A DNA stretch of 64,000 nt from Calditrichia bacterium (lineage in GTDB: Bacteria; Calditrichota; Calditrichia; JAJRVZ01): contig CAWCNS010000005.1 in the NCBI GenBank assembly GCA_963796965.1, positions 448,001 through 512,000 of the forward strand. The letters run 5' to 3'. The translations under genes were made by a program, and so were the position numbers. The notes beneath the pieces are model-generated. The model did no database searches and was not told the DNA's origin. It saw nothing but the letters and a program-made list of their open reading frames with translations. Positions 58,541 through 64,000 of the stretch are shown one piece after another; the stretch's first letter is position 1, and each line of letters starts with the position of its first letter.

Positions 58541-59911
58541 ATGCAAAAAAAAAGGAACGATAAAAATATGATTTCCCGTAGAAAGTTTTTTGAACTCAGT
58601 ACTGCTCTTACCGCTGGTGGTGCCCTATCAGCAACACTCTCTCCATCTCAGGCAAATTCTAAAGATGCGCAGGATAAGGATCTAAAAATTAAAGAATATC
58701 GCACCCTGGGACGTACCGGTTTTAAAGTATCTGATATTGGCATGGGAACCTTAAGGGTAAAAGAATCGAATGTGATTCGATATGCTTATGATTCCGGTAT
58801 AAATTATTTTGATAATGCTGAAGGATATCAAAATGGAGAAGCCGAGCGAAAACTTGGTCAGGTATTAAAATATATGGACCGAAAAAAAATATTTCTGACA
58901 ACTAAGATCCATGTAGCTGAAGATGAAAGCGAAGAATCGATTCTAAAAAGATTCAGGGACTGTCAGGATCGCATGCAAACCGATTATATTGACTGTTTTT
59001 ACATGCATGGTGTAAAGAAGGTTACGCTTCTTAACAAACCCGAATTCCATTCTGCAGTCGCCAAATTAAAAACTGAAGGACGGTTACGCTTCGCCGGTCT
59101 TTCCTCGCATGGCCCACGAAAAAAAGAAGATGATAGTATGGAAAAGGTTTTAACTGCCGCTGCCCATGACGGTCGATTTGATGTGATGTTACTTGTCTAC
59201 AACTTTATGAACGAGAAGGCTGGGAATAATATCATTAGGGCCTGTAAAGAAAATAACGTTGGTGTGACTGCCATGAAAACCGCACCTGGCGTATTAACCG
59301 CTGAGAAATATGACCCATCAAATCCCACAGAAGAACAGAAGAAAAGGCTTAAAAGGTTACAGGATCGGTATGACTCTGAGGAAAAGATTGAGAATGAAAT
59401 GATGGCGTGGGTAGAAGAGCAGCAGGAAGACTTTCTTAAAACCCAACCTTTTGCCGATAAATATGGAATTACGACCGAAGACCAACTTAAAATAGATAGC
59501 GTGCGATGGGTTTTAAAAAACCCAGATATGCAAACCGCCTGTATTTCATTAGTAGACTTCAACTCTGTGGATAAAATCATTCCATTTTCTGGCTTAAAAT
59601 TAGAAGAAACGGACACAGGTTTCATTGATGATTTTAAATCACTATATAATGATCAGTATTGTCGGCACGGCTGCAACGATTGTATTGAGGCCTGTCCTCA
59701 CAATCTGCCCGTAAGCACCATAATGCGGTATGCCTATTACTTCAAGCACCAGGCCTGGGAAAAAGAAGCCATGCTGAAATACAACCGACTGAATGGAGAA
59801 AATGCTTCCCTTTGTGAGGGGTGCTCGAGTCCCTGTTTGGATTCTTGTGAGTATCAGGTAAATATTCCAAGCCAACTAAAAGCAGCACATGACCTGCTGA
59901 CACTTGCATAA
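58541..59911 (+). CDS. Tat-signal aldo/keto reductase with C-terminal 4Fe-4S dicluster
   Basis: SRRKFF; YRTLGRTG; GINYFDNAEGY; TTK; CRHGCNDCIEACP and C..C...C...C. Confidence 0.85.
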   Translation: MQKKRNDKNMISRRKFFELSTALTAGGALSATLSPSQANSKDAQDKDLKIKEYRTLGRTGFKVSDIGMGTLRVKESNVIRYAYDSGINYFDNAEGYQNGEAERKLGQVLKYMDRKKIFLTTKIHVAEDESEESILKRFRDCQDRMQTDYIDCFYMHGVKKVTLLNKPEFHSAVAKLKTEGRLRFAGLSSHGPRKKEDDSMEKVLTAAAHDGRFDVMLLVYNFMNEKAGNNIIRACKENNVGVTAMKTAPGVLTAEKYDPSNPTEEQKKRLKRLQDRYDSEEKIENEMMAWVEEQQEDFLKTQPFADKYGITTEDQLKIDSVRWVLKNPDMQTACISLVDFNSVDKIIPFSGLKLEETDTGFIDDFKSLYNDQYCRHGCNDCIEACPHNLPVSTIMRYAYYFKHQAWEKEAMLKYNRLNGENASLCEGCSSPCLDSCEYQVNIPSQLKAAHDLLTLA

Positions 59912-59937
59912 TAAATTTGCATAACTAAGGAACATAA

Positions 59938-60819
59938 ATGACTAACCATTGGAATAAAATGATTTGCAATCAGCCCAGACATTTCCTAAGAGCTACGATA
60001 GTATTCTTAATAACCCTGGGAATGACTGTCTCTATAACAACGGCTGACGATTTCCCGAAATTTAGCCATTGGAAGGGCTTAACTGAGGTGGTCCATTATA
60101 CACCTGACAATCTCTGGGAGTATATAAATGGTGCAGCTGATCAGTTTATTGATTATGGCTTTCTGACGGTTGGTGTTGGGGAATTTGAAACAAATGGCAT
60201 CCAATTTTCAGTAGATATTTATAATATGGAAAATACATTAAATGCTTTTGGTGTTTTTTCTACGGAAAGCAAGGGAGTAAAGGATAGATACAAAATAGGG
60301 ACTCAAGCAGCTATCAGTTTGCCTGCCCAGGCTTTAATGTTTAAAGGAAAATACTACATCAAATTATATGCATTTGAGGGCGAATTTACAGAAAATTCAG
60401 GTATGTCCATCCTAAATGAAATTGCTAATAATCTGACGGGAAATGAAACAATGCCCACCGAATTAAAGAGTCTTCCAGAAACTGGAAGGATTATGGGCAG
60501 TGAGGGTTATACCCGGCTTGGATTCCTTGGCCTCTCTGATTTAAAAAATTGCCTCTATGCCGATTATTTGGATAAAGATGGAGAGAAATATCAATACTTT
60601 TCCGTCCATCCTGATCAGGATCAAACATTTAAGGAAATATTTGATAATTATGGTACGGATTGGGATTCTCAGGAATTGAACAAATATCCAATCAAATTTA
60701 AAAAGATCCCCTATCAGGGTATGACCGCATTAATACTGCTGCCTAAAGGACTATATGGGGTATCCAACGCGCCCTCCATACAGGTTGTGTTTGAAAGACT
60801 TAAATTGGTTACCAAATAA
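59938..60819 (+). CDS. Exported DUF6599-like protein
   Basis: YTPDNLWEYINGAAD.F..YGF, DIYNM....NAFGVFS, KGKYYIK. Confidence 0.65.
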   Translation: MTNHWNKMICNQPRHFLRATIVFLITLGMTVSITTADDFPKFSHWKGLTEVVHYTPDNLWEYINGAADQFIDYGFLTVGVGEFETNGIQFSVDIYNMENTLNAFGVFSTESKGVKDRYKIGTQAAISLPAQALMFKGKYYIKLYAFEGEFTENSGMSILNEIANNLTGNETMPTELKSLPETGRIMGSEGYTRLGFLGLSDLKNCLYADYLDKDGEKYQYFSVHPDQDQTFKEIFDNYGTDWDSQELNKYPIKFKKIPYQGMTALILLPKGLYGVSNAPSIQVVFERLKLVTK

Positions 60820-60820
60820 T

Positions 60821-60990
60821 GAAATTCTTTAAAACTGACTATCCCCGATGCCTATCGTGGTATTTCGCCAGTTATATTTCGATATAAATATCGAAAAACA
60901 GAATTTCACTTATTTACCTCTCCCCAATCCTCTCCTAAAGGAGAGGGAGAAATTAGAAACCTCGAGGCAGAGCTTCGGAGAATTCTACAG
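60821..60990. repeat. Composite REP-like element (36961-type ends enclosing a 32477-type copy and a ctctcc/ggagag hairpin)
   Basis: 60821-60848 and 60960-60990 match the two halves of 36961-37013; 60855-60932 matches 32477-32554. Confidence 0.8.
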
Positions 60991-61109
60991 GACCGCAGTT
61001 CTTTTATCGAAGGAATTATTAATCCAAACAGTCAAAAGAAAATAAATTTGAAGGGATTTTATAATATGGAATCAAATTATTCAGGATAAATTTATATTAA
61101 AGATATCTA

Positions 61110-61451
61110 CTATTTTTCAAAACTTGCGACAGCTTGTTTAACATCAGGATATACATCAAAGACATTATCGAGTTTTGTTATCTCTATTATTTTTACAACC
61201 TTTTTGCTTAGCCCCGATAGTTTGAGATCTCCACCGGCATTTCGCACTGTTGTCAAACAACAGATAAGTATACCCACTCCCACACTGCCCATCCAATCCA
61301 CCTCTTTTAAGTCGACTACAATATATTCGATACTTTTTTCCAAAGTGGATTTTATAGCCGTATGTATATCTCCGACCTCCGGTCCGCCTTTAATTTTCCC
61401 GCTTAGCGAGAGTACAGATATCTTGCCGTACGTTTTTTCACTTATCTTCAT
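61110..61451 (-). CDS. STAS-domain anti-sigma factor antagonist
   Basis: LSGKIKGG, VVDLKEVDWMGSVGVG.L, GGDLKL, ITKLD.VF. Confidence 0.88.
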   Translation of the reverse strand: MKISEKTYGKISVLSLSGKIKGGPEVGDIHTAIKSTLEKSIEYIVVDLKEVDWMGSVGVGILICCLTTVRNAGGDLKLSGLSKKVVKIIEITKLDNVFDVYPDVKQAVASFEK

Positions 61452-61636
61452 TTTCAGAATTCCTATATATCAATCAGATAATATTAACTATAACGCCTAG
61501 TTAACTGCAAATTATTTCTTAAATCATTCCATATTCAGCCCGCCTGTAACTGAACCATTTTGCGCCTTCTTTATTAATATCCTATATTTATGCATATTTT
61601 TTTAGAAATTGAAAAACGTTTTCTTCACCCAATCAA

Positions 61637-62815
61637 ATGGAAAAAATTATGGAAGAGAAAATATCGGGATTGACTCAATCCAACACGATTGATGACAAAA
61701 TCTACCACAAACTTGCCCGTTATCTCGATGACCTGCCAGCTGGCTATCCGGCCACAAAAACAGGTATTGAAATAAAAATTTTAAAAAGATTTTTCCTCCC
61801 TGATGAGGCTGCATTAGCGCTTCATGTCTCCTTGATTCCAGAAGATGCCCGGGTAATTGCACACCGTGCAAAAATTAAGATTCCCGAAACGGAGAAACGT
61901 CTTACAGAAATGGCAAAAAAAGGTTTGCTCTATAGCATGGTCAAACAAGGCCATACGACCAAATATATGATCAATCAAATGGTAATCGGCATCTGGGAGT
62001 ATCATGTAAATGATCTGGATTCTGAATTAATAAAAGATATGAATGACTACATTCCTGCTTTGTTTCAGGAAGCATGGAAAGTACCACAATTAAGAACCAT
62101 TCCAGTCAATCAAAGTATTACCTCTCAAACAGAGGTTACGACCTATGAACTGGCTGAAGAACTGTTAAACCAACACAAGAAATTTGTTGTTGCGCCCTGT
62201 ATTTGTAGACGTGAAAAGAAGATGGTCGGCGAAGGATGCAACGCACCGGAAGAAGCCTGTCTTGTATTTGGTAGCGCTGCTGATTATTATTTAAGGAATG
62301 ATCTTGGACGTGAAATCGACAAGGAAGAGGCTGCAAATATATTAAAGATGGCAGATGAAGCAGGTTTGGTCTTACAACCCAGTAATTCCCGCCAGGCAGT
62401 CAATATATGCTGCTGTTGTGGCTGTTGTTGTGCTGTTTTGCGCACATTAAAAAAGCATCCTGAACCAGCTATCATGGTCTCCTCCCCATTCTTTGCAAGA
62501 TCTGATCAGGAAAACTGTGATGGATGCAGTCTATGTTTGGATAGATGCCCTATGGATGCCATAACTCTTGTTGACGGAATATCTGTTGTGAATAAAAGTC
62601 GTTGTATCGGCTGCGGACTTTGTGTTACTTCTTGCCCAACTGCCGCATTGTCTCTTATTCGTAAACCGGAGGAAGATCAACCCGTTGTCCCGGAAACAAA
62701 TATTGACAAATATATTAAACTTGGGCGAGAAAGGGGAAAACTCGGAGCAGGAAAACTTGTAATGATGCAGATAAAATCAAAGATTGACAGATTAATAGCA
62801 GCAAAAAAACACTGA
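61637..62815 (+). CDS. 4Fe-4S ferredoxin-domain protein with N-terminal HTH-like region
   Basis: CICR, ICCCCGCCC, CDGCSLCLDRCP, CIGCGLCVTSCP. Confidence 0.85.
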   Translation: MEKIMEEKISGLTQSNTIDDKIYHKLARYLDDLPAGYPATKTGIEIKILKRFFLPDEAALALHVSLIPEDARVIAHRAKIKIPETEKRLTEMAKKGLLYSMVKQGHTTKYMINQMVIGIWEYHVNDLDSELIKDMNDYIPALFQEAWKVPQLRTIPVNQSITSQTEVTTYELAEELLNQHKKFVVAPCICRREKKMVGEGCNAPEEACLVFGSAADYYLRNDLGREIDKEEAANILKMADEAGLVLQPSNSRQAVNICCCCGCCCAVLRTLKKHPEPAIMVSSPFFARSDQENCDGCSLCLDRCPMDAITLVDGISVVNKSRCIGCGLCVTSCPTAALSLIRKPEEDQPVVPETNIDKYIKLGRERGKLGAGKLVMMQIKSKIDRLIAAKKH

Positions 62816-62821
62816 AAAATA

Positions 62822-63187
62822 TCAGGCGACTTTTTGCATGTATTCGGTAGTCAACGCATTTAATTGCGAATAACTATCCATAGAGTTATAGCGTTCATCT
62901 GATCCAAATGGGAGAAATTGTACGGCCACAGATAAGGATTGGCTGCCCTGTGAATTTACGAGCCTAACAACATTACCTCTAACAGTTATATTCTCTTTAT
63001 CTGGAATAATAATTTCCAGCTCAATATGATCGCCCGTATTAAAGAGATATTCTGTTTCAAAGCGTACACTAATTTTAGTTATATCAGCAAGAGAGCCGCG
63101 GGATTCCGCCCCCCCGGTAAAGCGGTAAACAACTTCCGCATCAGGTACTTCAAACCGATCTAGATATCTTCGTTCTATGCCATACAT
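62822..63187 (-). CDS. PilZ-domain protein
   Basis: ERRYLDRF (RxxxR), degenerate DITKIS, VRGNVVR, VAVQF. Confidence 0.75.
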   Translation of the reverse strand: MYGIERRYLDRFEVPDAEVVYRFTGGAESRGSLADITKISVRFETEYLFNTGDHIELEIIIPDKENITVRGNVVRLVNSQGSQSLSVAVQFLPFGSDERYNSMDSYSQLNALTTEYMQKVA

Positions 63188-63406
63188 ATTAAAGTCCTGC
63201 CCTCATCATATATAATTCCATTTATATTGCTCTATATTTTATCTCTTTATCCTATATAAAGTATATTTCAATAGATCCTATCAATTATTGATGCAGATCA
63301 CGAAATGGACAAAAATTCAATTTTCAGAAGAAGGTATGAGTTTTTTAAATAATTTCTTATATTTGGAAACCATATATATTATATTTCAGTGAGAGTAATG
63401 GGGATT

Positions 63407-64000
63407 ATGTCAGAAAACAACATTAAAAATAACAGTAAGAGAGTTGACGTACACGCAACCACATCAGAACGGGGCGGGCTTGCTGGATTTTTTGAAACGT
63501 TATTGCGGAAGTTTAGATTAGTCAGTTATATTATAGCCCTAATTCCGCTTTATCTTATAAGCATCCTAGCTATGGCAATCTCTCTAACACCAGCAGTTTA
63601 TTTTTATATGTACATTACCAAAATGGCTATTGCGTTACCAGAACCGCTCTACTATCTAACCATATCCATTTGTATTACCCTCGGTTATTTTATTTATGGA
63701 TTTACTTTAATATTTGTAGCACCGGCATTTAATTTTTTATTACCTTTCCGACTTAAGCCTTTTAGAAGTAGTTATTATTCCCTGGAATCTGTCCCCTGGT
63801 ATTTTCACAATGCCCTTACCTATATGGTCCGTTACACTTTCTTAGAATTTGTTACCCCAACTCCTGTCAATATGCTTTTTTACAGAATGATGGGTATGAA
63901 AATAGGAAAAAATGTACATATTAATACAACCAATATATCGGATCCCCGAATGATTGAGATCGGGGATAATGTAACAATCGGTGGATCTGTACATATTATT
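63407..64000 (+). CDS. Membrane-anchored hexapeptide-repeat (LbH) acyltransferase-like protein, partial
   Basis: Hand translation MSENNIK..., two hydrophobic segments, then FYRMMGMKIGKNVHINTTNISDPRMIEIGDNVTIGGSVHII; open to the window end. Confidence 0.75.
   Translation, partial: MSENNIKNNSKRVDVHATTSERGGLAGFFETLLRKFRLVSYIIALIPLYLISILAMAISLTPAVYFYMYITKMAIALPEPLYYLTISICITLGYFIYGFTLIFVAPAFNFLLPFRLKPFRSSYYSLESVPWYFHNALTYMVRYTFLEFVTPTPVNMLFYRMMGMKIGKNVHINTTNISDPRMIEIGDNVTIGGSVHII

Noticed and set aside
1..64000. Prophage, integrase, transposase, rRNA
   Set aside because: No ORF or sequence with such motifs was seen; the remaining short ORFs in the track overlap larger genes and look like shadows.

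Overview
AT-rich bacterial window. Gene content (PorU sortase, T9SS-type C-terminal domain protein, LapAB, many TPR proteins) suggests the FCB group, most plausibly Calditrichota-like; this is inference. Scattered single-base frameshifts suggest long-read consensus errors. Contents by position: (1) 0.9-12 kb, a tandem array of four paralogous Ser/Thr kinase-TM-TolB-N-like-TPR receptor genes with mosaic relationships, a duplicated 136-bp leader and an orphan C-terminal remnant, next to tRNA-Glu/tRNA-Arg. (2) Glycan-active enzymes. (3) 17.6-24.2 kb, a five-gene operon joining a SiaB/SiaC/SiaA-like partner switch to a PhcB-like methyltransferase and a hybrid histidine kinase; the phosphatase and the kinase share one membrane sensor domain. 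This is the best candidate for an undescribed signalling or quorum-sensing system. (4) porU flanked by two paralogous TPR genes, tRNA-Gln and a 155-164 bp tandem repeat belonging to a dispersed element whose end abuts sigma70-like promoters. (5) A SelW/Rdx-family selenoprotein gene (CxxU, in-frame TGA, SECIS-like hairpin) missed by the ORF track. (6) Housekeeping and signalling genes (icd, lapAB, Crp, HD-GYP, fRMsr, PilZ, STAS). All family assignments come from motif recognition by eye; no database search was run.
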